DNA of 64,000 nt, taken from the NCBI RefSeq assembly GCF_006345805.1, contig NC_043007.1:59706001-59770000 (forward strand). The letters are read 5' to 3'. Made by a program: the position numbers and the translations under genes. The DNA is from Octopus sinensis (taxonomy: Eukaryota). Positions 39,928 to 53,692 of the stretch are shown one piece after another. The first letter of the stretch is position 1. Each line of letters starts with the position of its first letter. Under the pieces are notes generated by a model that was not told where the DNA came from, did no database searches, and saw nothing but the letters and a program-made list of their open reading frames with translations.

Positions 39928-40940
39928 ACACATATATACATATTAGAAGAAATAAGGTACTCAGAAATCTGGATGGTTTTATATTTACAGATTATTATTA
40001 ATATGTCATATGTTTTTATAAATCATATATTAGCGCTTGTATCCACATATATACTTTATGTGCGTGAATATGTATGTGTGTGCGTGTATGTATGTGCGCG
40101 TGTGTGCGTGATGTGTGTTTGTGTGTATGGGTGTATAATCATATATGTACAGAAAATGAGAGATACATATAGCTATATTTCACACGCAATATCACTGAAG
40201 CAAACAAATTCTTACAACTGTTTATTGAAATTCTGTCACTGATGTCTACAAACTGTTCGGGCCAGCAGTATTGAAGTAAAGAATAAAAATAGAAATGGTT
40301 AACGAAACGAAGCAAATTGAAATACAAAAGAATTATACTAGAGTACACTGGAAAAAACAAAAACAAAATCCTTTTACAAAAATATATAGAATAAAAAAAG
40401 AAGAATGAAAATTATGAAGACACGAACTAATGCTGAAACTATACACAAAGGATATCATTTGAATTTATTGTGAATAATTTGACCCTTAATTCATGAAATT
40501 GTTTGCAAATCTGTTGACAAACACGATACAGGCCGCTTTTCATAGCTTTCGTGTCTTATTGCCAAATACAACGTCTTTATACGACGCAATGTGAAGAACT
40601 CGTCTAAATTGCGCTTTATTCAAGCTTGTCCAAGCGTTTAACAATAGCAGTTTACGTAGACGTTTCTGTGGAAACTCATTATTTAATATCGCTGAGCTTA
40701 TTAAGTCTTCGTGTGTGCGTACATGCATGCGTATGCGTGTATGTGTTGCGCGCGCGTAAGAAGCTCTTTTCTCATTCTCTATTGTGTTGTACTGACGCGT
40801 GCCGGTACGCGCCATCTTATATCGTTGTTCATCTGCAGCAAAAGAAATAGGACATTATACATGTACGCGCGTATGTATTTGTGTAAGTCTGTATGCGTGT
40901 GTGCGTGTGCATATGTCTATATATATATATGGGGGTGGGG

Positions 40941-41240
40941 GGCGCAATGGCCCAGTGGTTAGGGCAGCGGACTCGCGGTCGGAGGATCGCGGTTTCGATT
41001 CCCAGACCAGGCGTTGTGTGTGTTTATTGAGCGAAGACACCTAAAAGCTCCACGAGGTTGTGGCAGGAGGTGGTGGCGACACCTGTTGTACTCTTTCGCC
41101 ACAACTTTCTCTCACTCTCTCTTCCTGTTTCTTGAGTAACGCTGCGATGGACAGGCGTCCCGTCCAGCTGGGCGGAACACATAGGCCACAGAAACCAGGA
41201 AACCGGGCCCATGAGCATAGCTAGGCTTCAAAAGGGCGAC
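40941..41240 (+). mobile_element. SINE family C, full length
   Basis: Near-identical head to the 24168 copy. Confidence 0.9.
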
Positions 41241-41539
41241 GTTTATCGTTTTATGCACACACACACACACGCACACATAAATATATGAATTATATGAGGG
41301 ATGCGACTCGATTTTCAGTAATGCCATCAAGCGATGGCATTACTCATTTTAAATATGGGTAGCGTGGATGTGTCATTTTATCCTGCTAGGGACTCTCTTC
41401 CGTACAAAAGCACCAAACATTCTCTTGCAGTAGGAGTTACAGTGTTGTTTTTGTTGAGGCATCATATCACATTTCAATCCACCTTCTGATACACATCTTC
41501 TTCTTTGCAATTGTTGCAATTATATAAAGCATAGATAAC

Positions 41540-41544
41540 AACTT

Positions 41545-41639
<95 letters not shown>

Positions 41640-41952
41640 GTATGTATATACATATATTTATATACATATATGTATGTATGTTTGTATACATGTATTTTCG
41701 TATGCATATACACATACACACAAATGCATGTACACATATCTACGTATTTTTCGTGTACTTCTGTACGCATGTATTCCTGAATGCAAGAAGAATAGATAAC
41801 GAGGGTGAGACTGTATGTGTGTATGGGGAAGACATAGTAGGTCCGGTCTCACTTAAATGTCAGAGCAGAAGATAGACTACTCTCACACATATTTATAGAA
41901 AAGTGCATTCATATATACATACGTACATATATATATATTCTGTAATATATAT

Positions 41953-41985
<33 letters not shown>

Positions 41986-41987
41986 AT

Positions 41988-42022
<35 letters not shown>

Positions 42023-42576
42023 GTATATATATATAATTACCACCAATACGCGCATACATATATACATACATACATATACATACATATATATGCATATATA
42101 TATATATATTAATATATATATATGTACACACATACACGCACATATGCATATATATGCGTGTATGAGTACGCATGCACATATACACACACGCCCACACGCA
42201 CGTTTGCACATATATATATGTGTGTGTGTGCTTGTGTGTGTGTGTGTGTGTGTGTAGATATTTGCTTGTGTGCGAGTGTGTATGTACACAAAATCAGACA
42301 CATGCCCATAGTCAGATGTGGATGAATCAATAGTGAATACATGTATCTATACACATTATACAAAGAAGAAGAGAACATAAGAAGAAAATCTGGGAAAGAA
42401 TGAAGGACAAACAGATAGGAAAGATTCCTTGTATGTGCAGAAGATTAAAGACAAATGTATACTGTATATGAAGATACATATATATATATTATATATATAT
42501 ATATATATTATATATATATATATATCACATATATACATATATATATATAACATATATATATATATTATATATACAT

Positions 42577-42625
<49 letters not shown>

Positions 42626-42976
42626 TATATACACATATACATGCTATATATATATGTACATATATATGTATGTATGTATGTATGTATATATGTATGTATG
42701 ATATATATACATATATATGTATATATATATATGTTATACATATATATATACATATATACATATATATTTATATGTATATATATTTATGTATGTATGTGTA
42801 TATATGTGTGTCTGTATATATGTATATATATGTCAATATATATATATATATTTATTATTATATATATATATATATTATATATATATATATACACACATAC
42901 ATACATACATACATACATACATACATCAACACACACATATATATAATATATATATACATACATACTACACACACAC

Positions 42977-43024
<48 letters not shown>

Positions 43025-43025
43025 T
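41540..43025. repeat. About 1.5-kb compound TA/CA/TATG microsatellite region
   Basis: Directly visible. Confidence 0.9.
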
Positions 43026-43437
43026 GTAGACTTTTTTTCCTTTTGTTATTGGTTAGAACTATATTTTTTTCTATTTCTATGTCTATGTCGCTGACGTATT
43101 GTGTAGACAGTCGGATCAGATGTTTTACAATGCGGTTAATTCGGTTTTATTCTCTCGAAAGTAAAAAGCTCAACAATGTCTTCTGTTATTTTGTGATGTA
43201 TTCACGAAATTATTGTCCGTCTATGTATTGAGAAATATACACCAACAGACCGAATATTTGAGATATCTACATGCTGTTTATAAGTCAACTCAGAGAGCAC
43301 AAATAGATTCAAATGGTATATTAGGTAGCAGAGCATACAACTTACCCTTCTCTTTCTCTTCCTTTCTGTGAGTTTCAATCAGAAATTATATCACAGTGGT
43401 TCTAAATATGTTTTAAATGGATAATTTTTAATATTTT

Positions 43438-43738
43438 GTAACTGATACTTTATTCTATCGACCCCAAAAAGATGAAAAGCAACGTTGATCTCGGCAGAAG
43501 TTAAAGTAAGAACGTGGAGCCGAAAGAAATGCGGCTAAGCAATTTTTCCGTCGCGCCAACAATGCTGTCAGATCGCAACCTTATTATAATTCTCTCTGAT
43601 ATAGGGCACAAATTCTGAAATTTTGGGAAGGGAGTTTGATTACATCGATCTCAGAACTTGACTGGTACTTATTTTATCGATTCCGAAAGTTTGAAAGATA
43701 ATGTTGAACTCGGCGGGAATTGAACTGAGAAAGAGTCG
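43438..43738 (-). mobile_element. Two decayed SINE family B copies
   Basis: Two TACTTATT..ATCGA..AAAG cores. Confidence 0.7.
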
Positions 43739-43744
43739 GAAGAA

Positions 43745-43950
43745 ATAATAATAATATAATAATAATAATGAAATTATTGTATACAGTGCTCAGGTGCACC
43801 ACAACTTGTCAAAAAGTGCGTATAAAGTATATGCAGTAATATACAAATGTCTGGGAAGCGAACAGTGTATGAGTCAGATACATGCTTGCGTGTGTATGGA
43901 GGGGAGAAAATCAAGTGTAGTGTTGGCGAATCTCCGAAAGCATGGAAGTT
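43745..43950 (-). mobile_element. CR1-like LINE 3' end with (ATT)n tail
   Basis: Reverse complement ends GTGGTGCACCTGAGCACTGTATACAATAATTTC(ATT)n. Confidence 0.55.
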
Positions 43951-44159
43951 ATGCCGCTAAGTATTTTCTCTGTCACGTTGAAGATACTGTCAGAGACTGC
44001 TCTATCGATAATCCTTTCTACAAGGCCTGAAAATTTGGGCCCCAGTACTCAACTGCTCCTAATTTTATCGACCCCAGTGCGTAACTGGTACTTATTTCAT
44101 CAACCCCTAAAGGAAGAAAGCAAATCAACCTCGGCGGAATTTGAACTCAGAATTTGAAT

Positions 44160-44770
44160 GTGACACAGTTACTGAAGACATTCAAATCCATTCATGGTCA
44201 TGAACCAACACTCTGGTTACGGTTCATTGATGACGTCCTTTTTGTCTGGGAAGGATTACAGGATAGTTTAATTGACTTCTTGCATTTCTGTGACTGTTAT
44301 GCTAAAAACTATGGCGTTAAGTCCAACGTAGAATTTACGTATAGTTTTTCAAAAACTGGACTCAAAAGTTAAGTTTTTTGTAGGCAGAATAGTGACCGAG
44401 TTATTTTGCAAGCCCACGTCATCCCACATTTACCTTCACCGCTGCTCTGACCATCCACATAATATCATTCGGTCAAATCCGAAATTCCAATTTTTTAGGA
44501 TAAAACGATTTTTACTGACACAGGGGATTACTGGAAACATGTAAATGCTTTTGTACATGATTATATCAACGCGGTTACAGTGAATCACGATTAAAGGAAA
44601 TAGCAAATGAAATAGCTAAGATTAGCAAAGATAGTCAAGCCATCACGCATAATTTTAGCAAACACAGTACAATAGATAACAGAATTCCTTTAGTGATTAA
44701 CTGGCACCGAAATTTCGCTGGCATTTCAAAAGTGTTGCATGAAAGTTACCAGCATGTTAGCTAACTGCAC
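44160..44770 (+). mobile_element. Penelope-like RT core/thumb fragment
   Basis: PTLWLRFIDDVLFVW (RT motif C), LFCKPTSSHIYLHRCSDHPH and RIPLVINWH, matching PLE patterns W.RYIDD, KPT..H.YLH..S.HP and RIPLV..YHP. Confidence 0.85.
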
Positions 44771-45285
44771 CGAATTCTGCTCATTCTATGGTAGTGCTTT
44801 CCATTTACAGCAAATATGCCTCACCCTTGACATCTCACAGGCAGCTTAGAGGCTGATGTATATATTTCTTCTGCTCCCATTAATCCAAGACGACGCTATA
44901 TATGTAAATAGTTCTCTCCAGTATTCCTAAGTTCCTAGTAATAGTAGTTTTAAAAATAATGTCTTTGTGGGCAGTTAAAGATGGAACTAAAACTAGTCTG
45001 GCTAACCCTACTAGTTTTGTTCACAATGATATTTGTTCGAAGGAATTCAATATTTCGAAAATTTCGGATATTGTCAAAAAAAATTTAATGGCCATAAAAT
45101 CTGATTGGTTATGAAGCTGAAATTTTCAGGAACTAACATGGATGCTAACAAATGGCGTAAATTTGAAGACAATCATGACTTTTGTTTCCTGTCTCCCGGA
45201 ACAATATATGGTCAGCTATGTTAGCACTGAATTGTATTTTTTTATGTATCTGTGTGTATGTGTGTGTGTGTGTGTGTGCGCGTGT

Positions 45286-45341
<56 letters not shown>

Positions 45342-45530
45342 TATATGTATATATATATATGCATATTGGACCCACAAGAAGCTCCGCTATGACATCATTC
45401 CTAGCCCATGAAGTTGTCTTTTCACAGACATTGTCTATAAGTAGAATTGCTCTCTCTCGAAGCAGTTTCCATACCGGAGGTCTTTCACATGCTTGGGTGT
45501 ACATGAACGTGTTAACAAAATATAACACAT

Positions 45531-45573
<43 letters not shown>

Positions 45574-46264
45574 GTGTGTGCGGAGGATGTGTGTGTGTGT
45601 GCACGCACATATATGTGTCTCTTTGTGTGTATTTTTTGTATATTTCTGCTGATTGAAGTTATCTTGATGTTGACACATTGAATCACAGCCATTGTATAGA
45701 TCGAAAGATCTTTCTTTGGATGGGTCTTGTAGAGCTTCCCAATCTCCACCAATACCGGAAGCAGCATTAGATTTTCTTTGGCAGATACCATATCATATCT
45801 TCAACTTTCAAGCTGTTTCATCTAATGTCTTTCTTTGTTTCATTTTCTATATGCCGTCCTCTCTCTCTCTCTTTCTCACTTTCTATTTTTATTCTCTCTT
45901 TCTTTAAGTCTTTCAGTCGCTTACTTGTCTTTCTCTGACTATTGTGAAGAGATAAATAAATCAATATCAGATTGATCATATTGTTTCAAAGACACCATAC
46001 TAATACTCTAAAATACCTCTATATCTCTAATGTCTGTATTATCAGCAGATTTACTAACAGAGATAATCCATAGCATCGACATATTCTCTTGTAGCTTCTC
46101 CTGGTGATTTTTTTCATTCCATTGTTGAAAAAATTTTACAAAGATGAAACAAATCATATTACCTTAAGGATTTTTTTCTTGAGGGTGGCATAATATAGCA
46201 ACACACACACACACACACACACCACACACACACACACACAACACACACACACACACACACACAC

Positions 46265-46303
<39 letters not shown>

Positions 46304-46364
46304 TATATTTTTATATATATATATATACTATATACATATATACATATACATATATATACATATA

Positions 46365-46562
46365 TAGTTCATCCAAACATGAAAACACAACAACGCGAGG
46401 ACGTGGAGCAAATATAGTATTATTGGACGCTCAGGAAAGAAGGGAAGAAGGAGGGTTTTACGTTTCGAGCGGACCTCTTCGTCAGAAACATAGGAAAAGG
46501 AAAGATCCAGAGAAAAGAAGACGGAGGAAAAAAATCGCCAACGGTACACACGCGGTCACATT
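46365..46562 (-). mobile_element. PLE-type terminal repeat fragment (family of 1383-1590)
   Basis: Reverse complement similar to 1383-1590; ends at (TA)n. Confidence 0.65.
46455..46489 (-). ncRNA. Minimal type I hammerhead, conserved core nucleotides present
   Basis: GTTT-CTGACGA-A-GAG gtccg CTC-GAAA-CG-TA-AAAC. Confidence 0.65.
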
Positions 46563-47314
46563 TTGTGTGTGTGTGTGTGTGTGTGTGTTTATGTGTAAGT
46601 ATGTATGTGCGTGTGTGCGTGAGCGTGTAAGTATACGTGATCATGTGTTGCTTCTGCTAAATATGAATATATTATTTATGTGTGTTTAATGCGTGTGTAT
46701 TTGTTTGAATATGTGAGTTCGTGGCGCGTCTTCACCCGCGCGCGTGTATTAATGACTTTTAGTTGACGGTTACTCTTAACGGCTTTCAAAGAATAGGAGA
46801 TATATATTCAAGAATTCATTTTTTGTAACAGAATTCTCCGAATTAAAATTAATTGAAAATTGTTACGTGTGTTATTCAGTACATCATCATCTTCCTGAAT
46901 TATAAAAATTCGCGACATTGGTGCAATCGAGCTATTTTTCATGAACTCACTTTTTGAAGATATGCAAATCGCAGTGGTCACACAACTTCGGAATCGTTCT
47001 TTTTTCTCTCTCTGTTTACTATTATTTTTGTAAACCCTCTGTTCAATGATCAGAGCCCTCTTTAGAAGTTTCGCTGTCCGTAACCACTCTACTTACGTTT
47101 TCTCTTTTCTCTTTTACATGTTTTAGACATTAGACTGCGGCGGTGCTAGGGTGCGACCTTGAAGAATTTCTAGTCGAATGAATCGAACCCAGTAATTCTT
47201 CTTCTTCTTCTTCTTCTTCTTCTTCTTTCTTCTTCTTCTTCTTCTTCTTCTTCTTCTTCTTTTCTTCCTTCTTCTTCTTTTATATTATTCTTATTCTTAT
47301 TATTATTATTAGTA

Positions 47315-47345
<31 letters not shown>

Positions 47346-47564
47346 TATATACTGATCTCTTTTACCCAAAGCCAGGAACTTTCCAACACTCTTCGTATAC
47401 ATACTATATACATCCATCCATCCATCCATCCATCCATCCATCCATCAATACATACATACATACATACATACATACATACATACATACATACATACATACA
47501 TACAACACATCACACACATATATATATATTCTATATATACCAAATCCACTCACAAGGCTTTGGT

Positions 47565-47589
47565 ATATATAATTTATATATAAATATAT

Positions 47590-47649
<60 letters not shown>

Positions 47650-49024
47650 AATTGAGATAGGGGTTGTAAATGCAACTCTCCATGGATAACATATATCCAA
47701 TATACTGCTAGTGAAGTACCCAACAAAGTTAATACATAAATGTTAAGGATTGCGATACAATCAAATTCATTTACTGTATTATATGGGCAAAGGTAAAATG
47801 ATTTACCACACATTACTAATACAAGATAAGAAAATGGAGAAATACATCTAAATGAAATATCAATTACCAGATAATACTCAATCACATACTTTATTAAACC
47901 ACCACATAAGAGACTGTAGGGTTAAACATAAAAAAGCAGAACAAATCAGTGTACATAAAGGAATGTACATAAAAAAGTGTACATAAAAGAGTAATGTGGT
48001 ATAATAAGTAGAATATATATAAAAAAGAGAATATAAATATAAGTAAATATAAGTATAGATTATATCTTACAGCTGTTTCGGCCATGTAGATAAGTATGTC
48101 TCATTTTACCAATATTAGCCTTTTATGGTAGTTTTTGTGTGGATGTGTGGGTTTAGAGTTGGATGTGGATGTGTATGTTTTTCTTGTGCGGTGTGGTGGA
48201 GGTCGGGCGGCTCTCAGCGGACCAACCGTGAAGAAGACAATGATAATTTAAATTCAAATCCAATAGTGTATTTATGTCATAAGGAAAATTACTAACTGGA
48301 ACCCGGACATACATATGTGCCACTTTGGATACTAATGTAAGCGTTATTAATAATATTATGAATGATAATAATGGTAGCATTAATGGTATTGACAACGATA
48401 ATGATGCTAACTTTAATGACACTTTAGAAATTAGTAGGAAGTAATATAATGTACTATTGACTATGTATATTTGCATCTAGGTACTAATATGTGTATGTTT
48501 ATTATCACAATATTAAGTTGAAAAACTGAAACATTGAATGTGGAACATATATATGTTTACTAATTTACATTATTTATTTACATCATTATGTATATGTATA
48601 TTTTTATATGTATAGGAGTGTGAGTATATGCACTCATATGTATTTGTATATCTCCGAAGAGGCCTTTTGATATTTTTGTAAATGTCTCATTTATATCTAT
48701 ATATTGACCTACCATAAAAGGCTAATATTGGTAAAATGAGACATACTTATCTACATGGCCGAAACAGCTGTAAGATATAATCTATACTTATATTTATATT
48801 TACTTATATTTATATTCTCTTTTTTATATATATTCTACTTATTATACCAAATTACTCTTTTATGTACACTTTTTTATGTACATTCCTTTATGTACACTGA
48901 TTTGTTCTGCTTTTTTATGTTTAACCCTACAGTCTCTTATGTGGTGGTTTAATAAAGTATGTGATTGAGTATTATCTGGTAATTGATATTTGATTTAGAT
49001 GTATTTCTCCATTTTCTTATCTTG
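47565..49024. mobile_element. PLE-type inverted pseudo-LTR insertion with about 33-bp TSD
   Basis: Arms 47819-48131 / 48709-49027 near-identical and inverted; duplication 47532-47564 / 49025-49057. Confidence 0.8.
48648..48778 (+). ncRNA. Type I hammerhead, CCGAAGA core, about 92-nt stem II extension
   Basis: ATATCT-CCGAAGA-GGCC..GGCC-GAAA-CAGCTG-TA-AGATAT. Confidence 0.75.
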
Positions 49025-49692
49025 TATATATACTAAATCCACTCACAAGGCTTTGGTTGGCTGACGCTATAGTAGAAGACATGGGGCCAGGATGTGACGC
49101 AGTGAAACTGAACCTGGAATCTTGTGGCTGGGAAGCAAGCTTCTTATCACAGCGCCACGCTATGTTAGGATGAATGTAACATCATTAGTAATGTGACATC
49201 AATAATGTAATATTATTGATGATGTGACACGAATTATCGTTCCATTTCATCGTCTGTGACGTAATGAAGGCTTTTGTAATATTGACGGTTTATATAGGGG
49301 ACTCAGTATATTGTTGGCAAACACCGGAAGTACATTTTAACGTCTGTGGGATTTGAATCAATACTAGGCGCCAAAGAACTATTCGCTTGATGATACAGAT
49401 TATCTTAGTCTTAGTAATCCACTTGAAAACGCAGACAGAAAAGACAAATAAGTTACTTTAGATTATTAGTCTGGTCTGTCTTGATACAATGATCAGTTCG
49501 ATATCGATTTATCAATTTACGATCAAACTAAACTGTCCAGTTTTCTACTTGTGTCACAAGTACAGCATCTCCCTCCTCCCCAGGCATTCGTAGGGAAATA
49601 ACGTTAGAAATGAGACGTTTTGGTGCCAAGAAAATTTCCATTATATTCTTTTGATAACACCAAGAGGAATAGAGAAATATTGCCTAAAATAA

Positions 49693-49830
49693 GATGCAGG
49701 TGTAAGAAGTTTGCTTCCCAATCACGTGGCTCCGGATTCAGTCCAACTGCGTGGTACCTTGAGCAAGTCTCTTCTACTATAGCTCTACCCCTACTAGAGC
49801 ATTGTGAGTGGATATGGCAGAAGCTTGTCG

Positions 49831-49832
<2 letters not shown>
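49693..49832 (+). mobile_element. SINE family A, 5' half, decayed
   Basis: GTAAGAAGTTTGCTTCCCAATCAC..GGATTCAGTCC. Confidence 0.75.
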
Positions 49833-49865
<33 letters not shown>

Positions 49866-49866
49866 C

Positions 49867-49908
<42 letters not shown>

Positions 49909-50333
49909 CAAAATGGGACATGAACGCAAAGCATCTGGATAGCTAAGTGATACAAAAAGGGACAACAACAAAACATCCAGATAGACGATACAAAGAAGAC
50001 AAGGACGGGTCATTCGAAGATTTCTTTCCTCAGTCAAGCACCAGATTATCCTCGCAATTTTGGCTGATTATTCTTGAGATTGCTCCAATCTGGCCAACCC
50101 AAAGGAAAAAATAAGCTAAGAGCATTAGATACCTTGGAAGAAAGCAGTGAATGTATACAAAAAAAGGACGAAAAAAACCGACCATGTTACACAATTATAA
50201 ATATAATAAAAATGATAACAGGACATAACAACAGGTGTCTTTCGACTAAGGACGAATTGAATTAAGCTGGCGCGTGTGGAAGGGCTGATAGATAGAAACA
50301 GAGTCGTACAAGATTTTAAAAATGTGTACTTAC

Positions 50334-50386
<53 letters not shown>

Positions 50387-50699
50387 TATATGTAAGTACA
50401 CATTTTAGAAGAGGCATCACCTCAAGGAACAAGCTGTCTTCATGACACAGTATTCTTCTGACCATCGGAGAACATTACACTTATAAAGTGAAGATTCATA
50501 TTTAAGATATCCTCTTCCTCTACTAAAGGGTCATATTTATTCTGGTGGTTGTAACGCTACAGTAAACACTTAGTTATTCAAAGAAGAGAGCCATAAAGGG
50601 ATAGAACATCATTGAAAGATTTTCGCTCATGGAGAGTGCAGTTTGCTGAAGTCATGAGTTGATAAGCTAGTTAAAGAAACATCCTAATCAAAATACCCC

Positions 50700-51700
50700 G
50701 TCGAGAAAGTGCTATGAAATGATTGTGCTAAGAGGGATATTCCTCCAAGGTATGCCTATATCCATAGTCAACATCTTTAGTGCTACATACAATAGCTGCC
50801 CTTGATGTTTCATCTCACTAATTGTCATGTACTGTTATGGGCATTAGAATAAATGGAAGGCATTAGTGGAGACCGGAAGCTCAGAAATGGTTACAAAAGC
50901 AATTACCTCCCTTACTTATAAGGTTAAAGGAGTGTAACAAGTCTGTAGAAATTTAATGACTATTACGATTGTGTCACATTCTTGATCTTTGTTGTCTTCT
51001 TGGGACAAAACTTCCTTAAGCACCACTCTTCCTTCGGGATTCCGTTTCGTGGGACTAAACCTGTTATGATTGTCTGGAGTGTCACTACTGCTTCTGTCCC
51101 ACATCTTTCTCTGTTTGATAATCGCACAAGTGATTGCAAATCCATAACTGTCGAATGTAGACGCCATTCTCTGAATGACCAGAAATTCAAATATTCTGAG
51201 GTCACACGTTTGCTGCAGGAGGATACTACTGAACCAGAGTAAGTCTCTTTGGAGGACTCAAGTGTTGGTTACAAGAACCGCATGGTCATCAATTATTCAC
51301 AGATAATAAGTCATTATACATTGCTAGATGCTTATGCTTAACCAAATATTGAGGAAATGGTCGAAGAAGTAACACAACATAATATATTTAGTATAATGGC
51401 CCTACAAAGTGCTCACCATCAAACGGAGATAAAAGAAAGCTTATACCACATTCGCTTGTACCAATTTAAACGGATTCTTTATGGAATCACTAGGTGCCCT
51501 TATCTTTTAACATAAAATTGACGACATAATTGAAAGAGAAGGATTTACAGCCACCAGTGCATATATTGCATATTGACAATGTAACTGATTGTGAACATAA
51601 CCAGAGTGTCCATGATCACAGCTTGAAGACGTTCTTAGAGGCAGCGAGCAAGAACAACATACTTTAAACTAAGAAAACTGTGTATTATTATCTTCAAAAT
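50700..51700 (+). mobile_element. Ty3/Gypsy gag-pol relic (zinc knuckle, protease, RT)
   Basis: CAKRGYSSKVC, ALVETGSSE, FLGQNFLKHHSS..LFDNRTSDCKSI, SLWRTQV, RMVINYSQ..YTLLDAY, SAHHQ, LYQFKRI; stops and frameshifts. Confidence 0.85.
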
Positions 51701-51711
51701 ATACTGATCTA

Positions 51712-52506
51712 TTGAGTCATCCCATAAATAATGCATTTTTTTTTCAAGTACATGAACTAAAAGTCGGAGGGAGACAGGATAAACTACTTGCATCAATTTG
51801 CTATAAAAGCAGGTAGTAATTTTACCTTGTCCATATCTTAGTGCAAGTTTTGAAGAGTGCAGTTCGGTTTTAACAGTTATTTTTTCAAAGCTATAATGGA
51901 AGTGACAAAGGAGAATATTCGGCATATTTTGCTTTATGAATTCAATAAAGGCAACAACGCAACGGAAAGTACGAAGGATATTAATGTAGTATATGGGGAT
52001 CGGACAATAATCGTAAGGGAGTGTCAACGGTGGTTCCAGAATTTTTGAGCCGGAAACTACAGCGTAGAAGACGAGCCTCGCCCTGGAAGATCTGTAGAGC
52101 TTGACGAGAACGTCCTACAAACCCTGGTGGAACAAAATTCCATCGTAACTGTTGAGGAACTAGGAGAGAAGCTTGGGTTTGATCATTCAACCATTCATCG
52201 ACACCTGCATGCCATCGAAAAAGTTAGCAAATTGAGTCAATGGGTTCCTCACAAATTTTCCAAGTCTAATCGCGCGCAGAGAGTGAATGTGTGCTCTTCT
52301 TTACTGTCACATCTCACGAATAAACCCTATTTAGATCGAATTGTGACTGGTGATGAAAAACGAGTTCTCTATAAAGATGTGAAGCGCCGAAGACAGTGGG
52401 TAGGGAAAGGCGAGTATATTTTAGATTAAAACAGAACTTTGTTTATCTTTAAGTTTGAAATATAAAAGAAGTATTTAAAAACTGCATTATTTATGGTACA
52501 ACCCAA
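51712..52506 (+). mobile_element. Internally deleted mariner with both TIRs and TA TSD
   Basis: MEVTKENIRHILLYEFNKG..WVPHK..RIVTGDEKRVLY; ATG at 51896; catalytic C-half deleted; TIRs at 51712 and ending 52506, each flanked by TA. Confidence 0.92.
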
Positions 52507-52719
52507 TATTTGGCTACACGATCAATAATGGAGTAATTACAACAGGTCTTGAATGCATGCGATCGATATTCGATCTTCCGTAATCCAAAGACTTGGCATC
52601 TCTGAAGCATGCAATGGTGAATAATTTGAAATAAATGAAGACCAGGTTATCTTTCTCATCTTATATTCAATAAAACCTATATTAAAGCTTTGACGTTGCG
52701 TCATCAGATATTATCTCGT

Positions 52720-53097
52720 ATCTTATCATTTAACTGTTTCAGTTATTGGACTACGGCCAATCTGGGGTATCGTCTTGAAGGGTTTTAGTCGAACAAATTG
52801 AACCCAGGACTTATTGTTTTACGTCTGGAATTTATACTGTCGGCATCTTTAGCTGAGCAGCCAAGTTAAGGAGACATAAACAAACCTATACTTGTTGTGA
52901 AACGATGACAGGGAGTACAAATAAAATGACACACGTCCACGCATACATATATACTCGGGCATTCACACAGTCTTCGTCTACAAATTCACTTATAAGGCAT
53001 TGGTCAGTCCGAGTTTATAGTAAAAGACACATGTAGTGGAGACTGAAACTGAAACCACATGATTATAAAGTGAGCTTCTTAATCATACAGCCATGCA
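52720..53097 (-). mobile_element. SINE family A, full length, decayed
   Basis: Reverse complement of both head and tail present. Confidence 0.7.
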
Positions 53098-53692
53098 TTC
53101 AGTTATATTAATATCTTTGAAATGGAATTGGTTTGGGTACGTCCAGAGGAGTATAACAAAAGGTGAACTAAAAGCTTATGAAACGGCAAAAAACTAAAAA
53201 TCAAAATGGATCAATAGATTGGGTTTGATAAAACTTGATGATAGGAAAACTATACTCGAAATTGTAGAGAAATAAAACGAAGTGACGTTACCCACGAATG
53301 GCACAGAAATAATTGGTTTGATTGGTTGATTAGTTAATTGACTGGTTTACTGCTTAAATTTGAAGAATTGCTAAGCTGAATGACAAACAGTCTTCTTGTT
53401 TCTCCTTATCTCTCTCTCTCTATGTATGTATGTATGTATGTATGTATGTATGTATGTATGTATGTATGTATGTATGTATGTATGTATGTATGTATGTATG
53501 ATTTGATTTTGATTTTGATTTTTCCAGTTTCAGCTAATGAGCTGTGGCCATGCTGGGGCACCGCCATTTGGTTTGCTACACGGTTTTACCTCACGGATGC
53601 TTTTTAGCAAACGCCATCATGTATATATATATATATATATATATATAATGTATGTGTATATATATGTATATATATACATATATATATATAAT

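Larger units (their letters stand above)
47101..49161 (-). mobile_element. SINE family A split by a PLE-type insertion
   Basis: 3' part about 47101-47200; 5' part 49025-49161. Confidence 0.7.

Noticed and set aside
41540-43025. Periodic AA/TT interruptions in (TA)n tracts as a coded pattern
   Set aside because: Irregular; more simply replication slippage or long-read indel error.
45640-46140. Possible PLE RT fragment on the minus strand
   Set aside because: Only vague resemblance (GKLYKTHPK) and no diagnostic motif.
49990-50045. Minus-strand CTGAGGA-AAGAAATCTT-CGAAT motif
   Set aside because: No GAAA, no palindromic stem III and no stem I pairing.
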